From assembly GCA_037380845.1 (NCBI GenBank), contig JARRRI010000036.1:791-16492 (forward strand): 15,702 bases of DNA, given 5' to 3'. This DNA comes from Candidatus Sulfobium sp. (lineage in GTDB: Bacteria > Nitrospirota > Thermodesulfovibrionia > Thermodesulfovibrionales > UBA6898). Under the pieces are notes generated by a model. That model made no database searches. It had not been told where the DNA came from and worked only from the letters and a program-made list of their open reading frames with translations. The translations under genes and the position numbers were made by a program. Shown here piece after piece: positions 15,428 through 15,702 of this stretch; positions within the stretch are counted from its first letter, which is position 1; the number at the start of each line of letters is the position of its first letter.

Positions 15428-15649
15428 CGTAGTCCTCTGAGCGCGTGCACTAACCTGGCCGGGCGGACAGCTCAACGCCCTCTTGAATTTCTACTTTTTT
15501 TGTTAACAGTCGGTTTAAATGCCGGTTTGGAGCCCGTGATTTTCAGGTTCTATCTTCTTAGAAATAATCAGTCCTGTTTTTTACCTATAGAAAAAGAGCC
15601 GACCTAATCCAGGCGCGGGCAAAATTAAATAGTATAACAAATCATGTAC

Positions 15650-15686
15650 AAAAAAGAACCTGTCAGAAATGACAGGTTCTTTTTTT
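15650..15686. terminator. Bidirectional intrinsic terminator
   Basis: AAAAAAGAACCTGTCA-GAAA-TGACAGGTTCTTTTTTT: perfect stem, GNRA loop, A and T tails. Confidence 0.9.
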
Positions 15687-15702
15687 GTTTCTGATAGTGT
15701 AT

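Noticed and set aside
11807..15475. Long minus-strand ORFs (11807-12934, 12950-13789, 14606-15475)
   Set aside because: Antisense shadows of well-supported glutamate synthase-like genes.
15428..15649. Possible sRNA or small gene between the last stop and the terminator
   Set aside because: AT-rich, with no convincing ORF, promoter pair or structure I can support.
1..15702. CRISPR array, tRNA/rRNA, transposase or integrase
   Set aside because: No regularly spaced direct repeats, RNA-gene signatures or recombinase motifs seen.

Overview
GC-rich bacterial chromosomal window; gene order and protein style suggest Nitrospirota or Desulfobacterota (inference). Left, minus strand: an aromatic amino-acid operon pheA-hisC-aroF-tyrA (tyrA cut by the window edge), preceded by a second DAHP synthase gene with an attenuator-like leader. 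Middle: a membrane protein with a C-terminal Cys/His motif, a secreted Zn-dependent phospholipase C/P1-nuclease-fold protein, a secreted hypothetical protein, and an iscA/hesB-like - hemB - small ORF cluster. Right, plus strand: a split three-gene glutamate synthase-like system (Ntn amidotransferase; ferredoxin + FMN barrel; GXGXG + GltD + ferredoxin fusion). Most notable: (1) the 133-aa ORF after hemB carries the ordered motifs of the eukaryotic phosphohistidine phosphatase PHPT1/Janus family; (2) a candidate leaderless Phe/Trp-rich leader peptide with terminator/antiterminator upstream of the second aroF; (3) a terminator-like hairpin in the leader of the glutamate synthase-like operon; (4) tyrA has no nearby in-frame canonical start, across a T7 tract; (5) several intergenic palindromic repeat elements. 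All calls come from reading the sequence by eye; no searches were run.
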